Shown here piece by piece: positions 1-9,427 of a DNA stretch of 32,000 bases. The stretch comes from Candidatus Saccharimonadota bacterium (GTDB taxonomy: Bacteria; Patescibacteriota; Saccharimonadia; Saccharimonadales; UBA4665): contig CP064992.1 of NCBI GenBank assembly GCA_016699935.1, positions 540,001-572,000 on the forward strand, read 5' to 3'. Below the pieces are notes generated by a model. The model searched no databases and was not told the origin of the DNA. It saw nothing but the letters and a program-made list of their open reading frames with translations. Every line of letters begins with the position of its first letter. Within the stretch, counting starts at the first letter, position 1. The translations under genes and the position numbers were made by a program.

Positions 1-1
1 T

Positions 2-241
2 GACATGGTCAGCCTGCAATTTTTCAACGGTGTACCCATAAACGTTGAGCTGCCAAAAAACGTGCCACTCCTGGTGACGTATACCGAAAATGCAGTAAAA
101 GGCGATACCAGTAGCTCAATTACAAAAGAGGCAACTCTAGAAACGGGCATTACTGTGCGTGTGCCGGCGTTTATTAAGCAAGGTGATGTCATATCTGTAG
201 ACACAAGCAACGGCGCCTACCGTGAAAGAGTCAAAGAATAG
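2..241 (+). CDS. efp: Elongation factor P, C-terminal part (5' end lies outside the window)
   Basis: The frame is open from the window edge. The translation ...VELPKNVPLLVTYTENAVKGDTSSSITKEATLETGITVRVPAFIKQGDVISVDTSNGAYRERVKE fits the conserved EF-P C-terminal pattern (KGDT, ATLETG, VP.FI..GD.I.VDT..G.Y..R). Confidence 0.85.
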   Translation, partial: DMVSLQFFNGVPINVELPKNVPLLVTYTENAVKGDTSSSITKEATLETGITVRVPAFIKQGDVISVDTSNGAYRERVKE

Positions 242-244
242 CCA

Positions 245-274
245 CTGTCATTCCCGCGCAGGCGGGAATCCATC
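245..274. repeat. Left 30-bp inverted repeat with an internal 8-bp-stem hairpin (attcccgc/gcgggaat)
   Basis: Checked base by base against 561-590. The internal palindrome lies at 250-269. Confidence 0.95.
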
Positions 275-276
275 TT

Positions 277-615
277 ATGAATACATACTACGTCTACATA
301 TTAGCAAGTAAGCCAAACGGAACGCTCTATATTGGCGTGACGAATAATCTCGAGCGTCGGCTGTATGAGCACAAGAATACTCTAGCTGATGGTTTTACGA
401 AAAAATATGGCGTAAAACAACTTGTTTATTATGAAGAATATAATAGCGTAGAGGCGGCCATTATTCGGGAAAAACAACTCAAGAAATGGGAGCGTGCGTG
501 GAAGGTTCGACTTATAGAAGAGCGAAACTCGTATTGGAACGATTTGAGTTTAGAGTGGGGGATGGATTCCCGCCTGCGCGGGAATGACAGCGAAACTGTC
601 AGGATTCAGTCATGA
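277..615 (+). CDS. GIY-YIG (URI-type) nuclease family protein
   Basis: Intact 112-aa ORF. The N-terminus YYVYILASKPNGTLYIGVTNNLERRLYEH is the GIY-(x10)-YIG motif with the conserved R and E. Its stop overlaps the tlyA start (ATGA at 612-615). Confidence 0.85.
   Translation: MNTYYVYILASKPNGTLYIGVTNNLERRLYEHKNTLADGFTKKYGVKQLVYYEEYNSVEAAIIREKQLKKWERAWKVRLIEERNSYWNDLSLEWGMDSRLRGNDSETVRIQS
561..590. repeat. Right 30-bp inverted repeat, lying inside the 3' end of the GIY-YIG ORF
   Basis: Exact reverse complement of 245-274. It encodes the tail ...MDSRLRGNDS of the ORF. Confidence 0.95.
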
Positions 616-1387
616 AAGAACGTTTGGATATAACTGTAGCGAAACGGGGGTTGGTGGCCAGCAGGAGCCAGGCAGAAAGCTATGTGCGACTCGGAAAGGT
701 ACTGGTGAATGGTAAGCCCGCGGTGAAAAGTGGACAATTGGTATCTGAGGCCGACAAAATTGAGGTGAAAACAGACGTGCAGTATGTGAGCCGGGCGGCA
801 CTAAAACTTGAGAGTGCCGATGCGACATTTCACATTGACTGGCAGGGAAAAACTGTTCTGGATGTAGGGAGTAGTACGGGTGGGTTTACGCAGTACACGC
901 TCGCTCACGGGGCGAAAAAGGTAATCGCCGTAGATGTCGGTACCGAGCAGTTACACCCGAGTCTGCGCAGTGATCCGCGGATTGAACTGCATGAAAAAAC
1001 TGACATACGTGATGTTTGGCTTCGCCAAACAGAACCAAGTTACGAGTCATGACTCAAGAAAGAAAGCAGTTTTCATAGAAGGAAAAATAGATATTGTTGT
1101 CGGTGACGTCAGTTTTATATCACTCCGAGAAATCTTACCTCATGTGGCTAAACTTATGTCACGTGGTTCTCTGCTTATCGCTATGGTTAAGCCGCAGTTT
1201 GAAGCAGGGCATAGTAGACTCAAGCACAAGGGGTCATCAAAAATGACCGGATGCGCCGCGATATATTGCAGGACTTCGAAGCCTGGGCGCGCGCGTTTTT
1301 CATCGTCGTCGACAAAAAGACTCTGAAGTGGCTGGCAGCAAGGGCAATGTAGAGCGCTTCTACCTCCTCCGCAAACTCCAACACTGA
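612..1387 (+). CDS. tlyA: TlyA-family rRNA 2'-O-methyltransferase (hemolysin A-like); reading frame interrupted at least three times in this assembly
   Basis: An S4-like N-terminus (RLDITVAKRGLVASRSQAESYVRLGKVLVNG) is followed by the SAM motif VLDVGSSTGGFTQ. GDVSFISLREILP...MVKPQFEAG follows in a second frame, VIKNDRMRRDILQDFEAWA in a third, and DSEVAGSKGNVERFYLLRK in a fourth, ending at TGA 1385-1387. The last break is repaired by adding one A to the run at 1314-1318. Confidence 0.8.
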
Positions 1388-1451
1388 CACGAGCTTCGCA
1401 CCAGCCAGCCTGCTCAGATGCGGAGCATCTGACACCACTGGCTTACTATCA

Positions 1452-1475
1452 CCCCACGAAACCAGTTTCGTGGGG
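1452..1475. terminator. Perfect hairpin (ccccacgaaac / gtttcgtgggg) downstream of tlyA
   Basis: An 11-nt arm at 1452-1462 is the exact reverse complement of 1465-1475. There is no clear U-tract, so the terminator role is uncertain. Confidence 0.35.
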
Positions 1476-1780
1476 ATCCCGTTCTTTATGCTCCTGCACA
1501 TTTTCCTCTCTAGTACTATCTTCACCGTACTTAAGACCTCCCCGCAAAATAACTCCGTAGTCCATAACGCGCCCTTTGTGTCCCAAATAGAGCAATAACC
1601 TTCGCATCGTAACAGCAGTTACGATTTGTCGGCTATTGCCAATTTGAAACAAAAATCATCACGTTCTGGGTATACGGATTATTCTGCAAGAGGTCTTTAT
1701 AGTGCAACTCGTTCCGTTCTTCGAGAAGAAATGCTTTATTAGTATGAGAGTGTGAAACTCGTGTATGAGCGAACAAGCGA

Positions 1781-1997
1781 ACCGGTGCGTAAGCGCCGGC
1801 TTTAGGAGAGGGAGGAGAGTCGTTTCGGATTCATTCCGAAACAACGAGGAGGGACGGTAGTCCCTCCTGAGCGTACTAAAGCGTACCGGTGCGTAAGCGC
1901 CGGCTTTAGGAGGAGGAGGAGAGTCGTTTCGGATTCATTCCGAAACAACGAGGAGGGACGGTAGTCCCTCCTGAATATGGACGGTAGTCCCTCCTGA
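1781..1997. repeat. Tandem repeat: two 90-bp units (1781-1870 and 1885-1974, period 104 bp) plus a third partial copy (1979-1997); each unit has three hairpins
   Basis: The units differ only in the purine-rich tract (aggagagggaggagag versus aggaggaggaggagag). Hairpin 1 is ccggtgc-gtaa-gcgccgg, with a GNRA-type loop. Hairpin 2 is gtttcgga-ttcat-tccgaaac. Hairpin 3 is ggagggac-ggta-gtccctcc. Confidence 0.9.
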
Positions 1998-2014
1998 ATA
2001 TTATTGCTACAATA

Positions 2015-2680
2015 ATGCTTATGTATTACTTCCCGAACCGTACGGTTGCCGGAGATTTGATCGCCGACCAGCTAGAAAAGCAATATCGGTATCAGAACTG
2101 CGCAGTGATTGCGCTGAGTGACGGTGCTGTCGTGGTGGGTGCAGAAATCGCGAAGCGCCTCCACTGTGTTATTAATATGCTTCTTTCCTCTGCCATACAA
2201 CTCCCCCGAGAGATTGACGCGCTTGCATCTATAGATAACTTTGGCGGTGTAACATACAACGACAAATTTAGTCCTGGCGAGCTTGAAGAAATAAAGAGTG
2301 AGTACTTTAGTTATATAGAACAACAGAAGCTGCAGAAATTGTTTGAAATGAACGAGCTGCTTGGCCAGGGTGGTGTATTAAGCACGAAACTTTTGCGGAA
2401 CCGCAACGTTATTGTGGTATCGGACGGTCTTAGCAATGGCTTCTCAATGAAGGCGGCATATGAATTCCTCAAACCCATTAAGACAAAACGAGTTATCATG
2501 GTTTCGCCATTCGCGAGCGTTCCAGCTGTAGACCAAATGCATATGCGCGCTGACGAAATCGTATGCCTGAACGTCATTGAAGATATAATTTCTATCGATC
2601 ATTACTACGACGACAACGCCCTGCCTGCACATGATGCAATTGTCCGCATACTCGAAGATATAGTGCTGCACTGGAAATAG
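2015..2680 (+). CDS. Phosphoribosyltransferase-like protein
   Basis: Intact 221-aa ORF. It begins with FPNRTVAGDLIADQLEKQY...AVIALSDGAVVVGAEIAKRL and contains NVIVVSDGLSNGFSM, which resembles the PRPP-binding acidic-hydrophobic loop of type I PRTases. The family assignment is from pattern only. Confidence 0.6.
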   Translation: MLMYYFPNRTVAGDLIADQLEKQYRYQNCAVIALSDGAVVVGAEIAKRLHCVINMLLSSAIQLPREIDALASIDNFGGVTYNDKFSPGELEEIKSEYFSYIEQQKLQKLFEMNELLGQGGVLSTKLLRNRNVIVVSDGLSNGFSMKAAYEFLKPIKTKRVIMVSPFASVPAVDQMHMRADEIVCLNVIEDIISIDHYYDDNALPAHDAIVRILEDIVLHWK

Positions 2681-2774
2681 AATCTTTAGGGTAAGGTTTG
2701 CACTTCCCGGTCTTCTAACGGAATAAATCCGTCAGAAGACCTCCCAACCCCTAAAGGTGGCGCTCTCGCTTGCT

Positions 2775-2794
2775 AGCACCTTCGGTGCTTTTTA
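2775..2794 (+). terminator. Rho-independent terminator candidate after the PRTase-like gene
   Basis: agcacc-ttc-ggtgct stem-loop followed by ttttt. Confidence 0.5.
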
Positions 2795-2846
2795 GTATGT
2801 AACCGAGATCCATATGTCGATCTGAGGCTAAGCAGCCAGTAGTGGG

Positions 2847-3496
2847 TTATTCTATGAAGTCTTCGAGTGCCCCGCGGTCACAAATGGTTATACGAGACTG
2901 CTCGCTCGTAATGAAGCCTTTTCGCTCAAGTTCTGAAAGGGTACGACTGGTTGTCTCACGGGTAGCACTGATAGAGCTAGCGATATCCTGATGCCTCAAA
3001 GGAACATCTATCTTAACGCCTGTTATTGATTCAACACCAAACCGCTCGGCCATACCTAACAAGAAAGAGGCTAGTCGTTCGCGCACGGTGCGGTATTCGA
3101 GTGTCATTATGCGTTCACCATGTAGCCGAAACATATCGGCAAGAATACTAACCACTGGAACGGCAGCCTCGGGGTAGGCGTGTAGGTGTTCCAGGAAGGC
3201 ATCACGGCTAATAAGCCAGACAACTGTTGGCGCAAGGGCAGTGTAGATAATTTCTCGTTCGCGATGCGCTATAGCCCATGTCAGCCCGAGTAGTTCACCA
3301 GACTGACGAATAATCAGCAGGTTTTCTTCGCCGTACTTTGTTATATCGTAGGCCTTTACCAAGCCGCTTTCAATATAAAAGACCCCAGCCGGTGATCCGC
3401 CTGGCCGAACCAGAAATTCCCCTTGGAGTATTCCTGCTTGGAGCCGGTATGAAATAAATCAACCAACGCCGCCAACTGTGTATCATCGGCTAGCAT
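2847..3496 (-). CDS. Crp/Fnr-family transcriptional regulator; one frame break near 3362-3385
   Basis: The C-terminal HTH is RHQDIASSISATRETTSRTLSELERKGFI. The cNMP-binding-like part is GVFYIESGLVKAYDITKYGEENLLIIRQSGELLGL. The N-terminal 45 codons (MLADDTQLAALVDLFHTGSKQEYSKGNFWFGQ...) lie in the adjacent frame upstream of the 171-aa track ORF. Confidence 0.8.
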
Positions 3497-3584
3497 GGCA
3501 GTATTATCCCACAGCGAACCACCCCTGTCTATAAGAAATCATACTGCTGCGTCAGGCTAGTGTGATAAATCTCGCAAGTTTTGT

Positions 3585-4309
3585 GTGATGAACTTAACTG
3601 CTACGCAGTATGCTTCTCTATATACTGAAATGTACGTAGGGAGCGACCGGTCAGTAGACCGAGAACCCCTCGAGGAGACAGAGATGGTTAGTATGAAGCA
3701 AATCACCAAACAGCTACGACAGATTGGATGTGACTATGCGGTGTGGGGCCGGAGCGAGATTCGTGAGCTGACCAATATTCTCATGGATGATGAGCAGATT
3801 CAGCAAGCGGTTAACGGATATTATGACGGTGGTTTCGCGCTCCTTTGTGTTACGAACTATCGAGTGTTGATTGTGGACAAAAAGCCACTGGCACTCACTG
3901 TCGAAGATCTTCGCTATGACATGATAGCGGAAGTAGATTATAGCTCCCGTGTTTTTACTTCTGTATTCCACATATATACTCCTATGCGAACACTCATTTT
4001 TACCAGTTGGAGCATTAGTAAGCTTCGAAAGAGCATGAACTATATCCAGCAACGTGTTATGGAACTGCGAAACAACGATTACCTTGTGGGTCAGTTTATC
4101 CAGCAAAACAGCCAAAGCCTGCGGTATTTGTTTCGGGCAAACGATGGCAGCGCCAAGCGGTGCCACAAATGGTTCCAACAAACGCAACTTCAGAAAAGCC
4201 AACAGCAGAATTCGAAGCCTATCGACCACCGGTTCGGCCACTTATGAACCCCTACACGAAGGTTCCGCTACTGTCGCGTCGTCGCCGATACCCGAGCTTC
4301 TACCTCTAA
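3585..4309 (+). CDS. Bacterial PH-domain (YokE-like) protein; frame break near 4110-4120; start uncertain (alternative ATG at 3684)
   Basis: The core SEIRELTNILMDDEQIQQAVNGYYDGGFALLCVTNYRVLIVDKKPLALTVEDLRYDMIAEV is typical of bPH domains. A more protein-like C-terminus (...NPYTKVPLLSRRRRYPSFYL, stop 4307-4309) is reached by adding one A at agccaaagcc. Confidence 0.5.
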
Positions 4310-4519
4310 CGTTATTGTACCCATATTGCTACACTCGACTTATGAGGGAATTCCCGACTCCAGCTTCTTCAGGTCTGCCCATAAGCCCCTTTTACGTCTT
4401 TTTACTCCTCTCCAGATAAAGGAGCTTCTAGAATCACTTCTGGACAATGCTGACGAAAATGCGATTCCAGCGTAAGTCGGGTATACTGTCATTAGCAGTA
4501 TGAGAGAAAGAATAGCGCT

Positions 4520-6224
4520 TTGGTCGCGCAAGGTAACATGGTTCATTGGTCGACACCTAAACAGGCGCGTATAGTTGGTGGCGTATTGTTGGTCATTGTC
4601 ATTGCCCAGTGTGCGTATCCTGCAAATAGAACGTTACCTTTTGTGCGCCTTGATGGTAAGCGGATTGGCTATCAGTCTGGAAAACAGATTTCCCAGATAC
4701 TTATAGACCAGTACAGTAATGTGCCTCTTACGTTGCATGTAGAAGGGCCCGCCAAAGACCAGTCGCGAAAAACTACTGTGGCGCCCGCAGGCTTGCAACC
4801 AGACATCGACCGTATCTTGCATGACATCAAGGCCTACCCGTGGTGGCAGCGGCTGATCCCCTTTAGCGGGCTCGTCAAAGGACTCTCCCACAATCAACGG
4901 GTAGTAGTGGCATTTGACGAACAACGTTTTAAAGAATATGCCGAGGGTGAGCTCAAATCTTGCAAAGTTTATCCCAAAAACGCCGGAGTGAAGGTACTCG
5001 AAGGGGCCGTAGTGCTTGACGCTGCAAAGAAGGTCAGGAGTGTTCGCTCGATACGCTGCATAAGGAGCTGCAGACTGTTTCGCTTGAGCCAAATGGAATC
5101 CACGCCTACGTAAACGCCAATACAATCAAACCGCTTCGATCGGACAAAGATGTAGAAAGGAAATTGCAAGAGGCCCAGACGCTTACCGAACGCAAACTAT
5201 CATTGAAACTTGACGATAAAGATTATCCGGTCGCAAAGTCCACCCTCGCCTCGTGGCTAGTCATAGCCGAAGATCCTACAGATAAAAAGAAACTGACGAT
5301 TGATGTTGATACGAAGCTAATCCGCGACTATTTGACCGAAATGCAGAAGAAAATATACATTGCGCCAGGCGTTACGACAGTGCGCACGACAGACGGTGTT
5401 GAGACAGATCGCACGGAGGGTGTTTTTGGGCGCGGGCTTAACTTTACCGCTACGGCCGATGCGCTAAAAAAACAGCTCCTAGACGGTAACGGCATTGTAG
5501 CCGGCTCGCTTATTACGCTGTCTCCGCGAGTGGCTTACCTGCGTTCGTACTCCGCTTCGCGTGCCGGGTTGCAGGCGTTACTGAATGATATTGTCAAAGA
5601 TAAAGGTGATTATGCGATATCAGTACGTCTCAGCGATGGCACTACGGTGAGTGCCAATGGCACAAAACGGTATCATCCGGCAAGTACCTACAAACTGTAT
5701 GTGGCGTATAGTTTTCTGAAGCGAATTGAAAGTGGTGCTATCAAATGGGATGATGCGGCCACTGCGGGCAAAAAAGTATGAGCCAGTGCTTTGACGTCAT
5801 GATATTAAACTCCGACAACACGTGCGCGGAATGGCTCGGCGAGAAGATTGGCTGGTCCAACATTCAAAACGAAATCCGGGCTCTCGGACTGAGCAATACG
5901 AGTACGATTCGGGGGGCTATGTACTCCACGCCCGATGATGAAACGCTATTTTTACACAAACTGCAGTATGGCAACATTCTGAAAACATCCGAACGCGATC
6001 GTTTGCTCGATGTCTTGAAGCGCCAAATCTACAGGCAGGGGATACCTGCAGGTGTGCGTGTAACGGTAGCTGATAAAGTTGGGTTTCTCGACGGAAAACT
6101 TCATGACGCTGCTATTGTGTATGGCAGCAAAACGTATATGCTCACGATTATGTCGCAAGGAAGTTCGTGGGCGCAGATTGCCGATGCAGCGAGGCAGATT
6201 AATGAGCAGTTGAACAGAATGTGA
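4520..6224 (+). CDS. Membrane-anchored serine hydrolase with a class-A beta-lactamase/DD-peptidase-like C-terminal domain; two frame breaks (about 5030 and 5770-5775)
   Basis: Three track ORFs (4520-5113, 5164-5781, 5778-6224) read as one protein. An N-terminal TM segment (VGGVLLVIVIAQCA) is followed by the SxxK motif (PASTYKLYVAYSF), an SDN motif (MILNSDNTCAEWL) and a KTG-like DKVGF. The second break is repaired by adding an A to the run at 5770-5775. Confidence 0.65.
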
Positions 6225-6372
6225 AGGTAATGAGAGAACCGAAAGCTCAATTTTCAGTTTTAAATGATCAGAATATTTTCAAGTAACAAGTAGCAAATGA
6301 CCCATGGCGTCTGTTTGTCTGAGGCTTGAAACTTGTTACTTTTCTGTAAATTGTAAAGTGAGCTTTGAAAAT

Positions 6373-7448
6373 TTATTTACTGACGTTGAATTTGAACTCA
6401 ACAACGTCTTCTGGCTGCATAACATAGGTTTTGCCCTCGGTGCGGACTTTTCCGGCGGCACGCGCATTGGGAAGGGAGCCAGCTACAATGAGGTCCTGGT
6501 AGTTTACGATGTCTGCGGCGATAAAGCCGCGTTCAAAGTCGCCGTGGATCACGCCGGCGGCTTGTGGGGCGGTCGCGCCACTAGGAATCGTCCAGGCTCG
6601 GACTTCTTTATCTCCAGCCGTGAGGTAGCTCTGGAGTCCGAGTGTGTCATATGCGGAGTGTATGAGCTGGACGAGACCGGATTCTTTCACATTGTAGCTT
6701 TCGAGTAGCTCGCGACGGTCGGCTTCGTCCAGGCTGCGAAGTTCGTCTTCGAGTTTGGCGCAGACGAAGAGTGCAGGGGCCGGTGAGACAAGTGTTTTCA
6801 CCTGGGATTGGAATTTTTCATCTGTCAGCTTCGCTTCATCTAGATTGAACAAATAAATTATAGGCTTCAGTGTCAACAGTTGCAGTTCCTGGCGTAGCCA
6901 GCTGCACGATTCATGATTCATAATTCCAGGTTCACTCCAGAGCGGACGTCCCTCGTCGAGGATAGATTTTACCTGTTCTACAAACTCTACAAGCGGTTTG
7001 AGTTTCGCATTTGCTTTCGCCTCTTTTTCGAGCCGGGGAAGTCGGTTTGTCACGGTCTGGAGGTCGGCCAGGACAAGTTCGGTATTGATAACATCGATAT
7101 CTTTGGCTGGGTCATGCGCGTCATCAACGTGTGTGACATTGGGGTCGTCAAATGCTCGTACGACTTGGACGATAGCGCCGCAGGTACGGATGTGCGCGAG
7201 GAATTGGTTGCCCAGGCCCTCACCCTTGCTCGCGCCAGCCACGAGCCCAGCGATGTCTACAAAGGTTACCGTGGCGGGTTTGATGGGCGCGATGTGGTAT
7301 AGCTCGCTCAGTTTTGAAGCCGCTCATCAGGCACGGGCACAATGCCGGTGTTCGGCTCGATGGTGGCAAATGGATAGTTTGCTGCCAAGATGTTGCTATC
7401 GGTCAGCGCATTGAACAGCGTCGACTTCCCAACATTCGGCAAACCCAC
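6373..7448 (-). CDS. ychF: Ribosome-binding ATPase YchF; native first 5 codons displaced to 28141-28156 by the island; one frame break at the T-run 7312-7315
   Basis: The minus strand reads (I)[45 protein letters not shown], then [42 protein letters not shown]... through to the TGS-like C-terminus ...[18 protein letters not shown]. In the YchF frame a TAG lies two codons upstream of the GTG at 7448-7446. Confidence 0.9.
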
Positions 7449-9052
7449 TATGCGCTATGCTCAACATCTAACCCTACCTTTTTTACAGTTAATGATGTTG
7501 CATACGCTGGAATCTTTCCGCATATTCTTACTTTCTCCTTCGTTGCTATTACTTTATCAACTATTTTACGTACCGTAAAAAGCTTTTCATCGTAGCCCAG
7601 ATTTTCTAGGTACTTCTTAAAAGGCTCTACAGACGATTCTAGATCTATCTCTTGCAGTTGGGCTAACTTATTCGCTTCTGGCTTGTTGATCAGGTCTAGC
7701 AGTTCTTTACGACGCCTTGCAACACTATTCATTTGATCTGTGTATACGACTTCAGACATAGTGTCCATGCCCCAAGCTTTCACGTAACGACGTTCTTCTT
7801 GTTCAAGTGCTTTTTTCTGCAAGAGTAGCTCATCTTTTTTAGGGCTTTGACCTGCAATGAGCTTTTTTTCTTCTGCGTAACGATCAAGCTGCTTCTGTAA
7901 TAGGGTAGGGTCTGTCATTAATTCGCAAAGTTTGGACCAACCTACTGCATCTAGTACCTGTACATTCACTCCTGCTTCAAAGCATGTGCGTGGCTTAGGG
8001 AACTTGAGTAGACGGTCAGTACAGCGGTAGTAGAAATGACCATTTTGACCCTCACCAGTACGGGAAGTACCGCAAGCACACTGTATCAAGCCACCGAACA
8101 AGTAAGGATTCTTCTTGAAGCGTTGACTTAGCTTACCGTTGCTCTTAATTTGAGATTGAACCTTTTGATACAGTTCGTCACTAATAATGCGTGGTGCTTC
8201 TACCTCTAGCCATTCATCACGTGGTCTGGTTTTACGACTACCTTTTAATGAATGACGGTGCTGGTATTTCTTCTGAGATTTAGCCATAGGATTTTTAGTT
8301 ATTACACTCTCAGACTTGTAGTAATAATGTTTACCAATATAGGTTTCGTTTTTCAACATACGGTGAATTGGACCATTCGACCATGTGTCACGCTTCTGTT
8401 TTTTTGGCGGTATGCCCAAATCGTACAAACGTCGTATGACTTCTTTAATAGAAACGCACTCAATGCCAATCCATTCAAATATCATTTGTACGACTTTGGC
8501 TTCTTCTTCGTTAATAACAAATTTGCCATTAATTTTGTCGTAACCTTTGCCTTTGATTGGCACATAATCATACCCGTAAGCTGCTTGATAGCCTAGTAAC
8601 TTCCCAGAGCGTACTTTATTGAGTTTCCCAATACGAAAGCGTTCAGAAATCTTCATACGCTCATACTCGTGGAACATTCCCATTACACCGCCCAAAAGCT
8701 TTTCTTCAGGTGAGACACCATTAATGTCGTGTAAGCTATGAAACTCAATGCCTAATTGGATTAGTTCCTGTATTACTATTTCCTGATGGAAGAATATACG
8801 GGCAAGGCGACCCTTGTCGTAGACGTATAAAATATCAAACTTCTTTTCAAGTGCGTCAGCTCGCATAAGATCAAGTGAGGGACGTTCTAGTATTGCACCT
8901 GACCAACCCTCGTCAATATATATACAGCTTTCCAGAAGGGTATTACCGTCAGCTTTAATTTTTGGCTTAATCTCCGAAAGTTGGTTTTGTACAGTTTGCT
9001 CTTCTTTTTGAAGTTCGGTACTAACCCTTGCGTAAAGTGCTGCACGTAACAT
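7448..9052 (-). CDS. Large serine recombinase (integrase)
   Basis: Intact 534-aa ORF. The resolvase-type N-terminus is [12 protein letters not shown], with the catalytic Ser context. A recombinase domain follows, then a zinc ribbon ([20 protein letters not shown]) and a C-terminal coiled-coil-like region. The stop TAG sits exactly at the island-host junction. Confidence 0.9.
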   Translation of the reverse strand: MLRAALYARVSTELQKEEQTVQNQLSEIKPKIKADGNTLLESCIYIDEGWSGAILERPSLDLMRADALEKKFDILYVYDKGRLARIFFHQEIVIQELIQLGIEFHSLHDINGVSPEEKLLGGVMGMFHEYERMKISERFRIGKLNKVRSGKLLGYQAAYGYDYVPIKGKGYDKINGKFVINEEEAKVVQMIFEWIGIECVSIKEVIRRLYDLGIPPKKQKRDTWSNGPIHRMLKNETYIGKHYYYKSESVITKNPMAKSQKKYQHRHSLKGSRKTRPRDEWLEVEAPRIISDELYQKVQSQIKSNGKLSQRFKKNPYLFGGLIQCACGTSRTGEGQNGHFYYRCTDRLLKFPKPRTCFEAGVNVQVLDAVGWSKLCELMTDPTLLQKQLDRYAEEKKLIAGQSPKKDELLLQKKALEQEERRYVKAWGMDTMSEVVYTDQMNSVARRRKELLDLINKPEANKLAQLQEIDLESSVEPFKKYLENLGYDEKLFTVRKIVDKVIATKEKVRICGKIPAYATSLTVKKVGLDVEHSA

Positions 9053-9267
9053 TACTTTGACTCCTTTGTTTTTTTGGTACTGCGTTTTGATATGAATGAC
9101 TCTAGTGCAATCTGGCTTATACGATAGCCTTTGCCTAATTTAAGGGCTTCAAGATCACCGTTTTTTATATATGTAAGTACACTTTGCCAGTGAAGTTTAA
9201 GTAAATCTGCAACTTCCTGTACTGTGTAATATTTCTTGTCTATCATTATAATCTCCATTATAAACAT
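9052..9267 (-). CDS. Excisionase-family (MerR-like) helix-turn-helix DNA-binding protein
   Basis: YYTVQEVADLLKLHWQSVLTYIKNGDLEALKLGKGYRISQIALESFI is the typical excisionase-type HTH signature. Its stop overlaps the recombinase start. The true start may be the internal ATG (MIDKKYY...). Confidence 0.7.
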   Translation of the reverse strand: MFIMEIIMIDKKYYTVQEVADLLKLHWQSVLTYIKNGDLEALKLGKGYRISQIALESFISKRSTKKTKESK

Positions 9268-9287
9268 TTATAAATAAATATCAATCG

Positions 9288-9425
9288 TTACTCCTGAGAA
9301 GCACTCTCAATGTGTTCGAAATATTTATCAAACAAATAGTTGAATGCTTCTTCTACAGTGCGAGTATCGCCGTCATCGACGTACTCGTACTCAATTTCTG
9401 GTGGTAGTGCGGTCTTTCGTGACAT
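9288..9425 (-). CDS. Small acidic hypothetical protein (45 aa)
   Basis: My own translation is MSRKTALPPEIEYEYVDDGDTRTVEEAFNYLFDKYFEHIESASQE. It fills the gap between the primase-helicase and the excisionase genes on the same strand. I recognise no homology. Confidence 0.3.
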   Translation of the reverse strand: MSRKTALPPEIEYEYVDDGDTRTVEEAFNYLFDKYFEHIESASQE

Positions 9426-9427
9426 GT

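Larger units (their letters stand above)
245..590. mobile_element. Putative mini-element: GIY-YIG gene bracketed by perfect 30-bp terminal inverted repeats
   Basis: 245-274 (ctgtcattcccgcgcaggcgggaatccatc) is the exact reverse complement of 561-590. The repeats enclose most of the GIY-YIG ORF. The unit sits in the efp-tlyA intergenic space. Confidence 0.5.

Noticed and set aside
1449-1844. Minus-strand ORFs 1449-1652 and 1659-1844 as real genes
   Set aside because: I recognise no motif. They run through the hairpin at 1452-1475 and into the tandem repeat. They may be remnants of a decayed gene, but this is not supportable from the sequence alone.
1781-1997. Possible CRISPR array
   Set aside because: There are only two and a half copies. 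The units are directly adjacent with a 14-bp linker rather than unique spacers of 25-40 bp. No cas genes are present.
6282-6343. 11-bp inverted repeat (aagtaacaagt / acttgttactt) between the convergent hydrolase and ychF genes, as a bidirectional terminator
   Set aside because: The arms are separated by about 40 nt and no U-tract follows. It may still be a structured element, but a terminator call is not justified.
6304-7414. Plus-strand ORFs 6304-6708, 6913-7302 and 6998-7414
   Set aside because: They are antisense to the clearly recognisable ychF coding sequence. Their composition is low-complexity, Arg/Ser/Cys-rich and typical of shadow ORFs.
7448-7457. Alternative att core ATAGCG (6 bp shared by both junctions)
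   Set aside because: Recombining at this alignment gives an attB (TCTATAGCGCATAGTGGG) that puts ychF out of frame. The 6-bp match is explained if attP carries a tandem CATAGCG. I keep it only as the alternative model in the recombinase C-terminus finding.
7400-7500. tRNA or tmRNA gene as the integration target
   Set aside because: I saw no cloverleaf-compatible sequence or T-loop (GGTTCGAATCC-like) motif at either junction. The flanks instead reconstitute the ychF 5' coding sequence.
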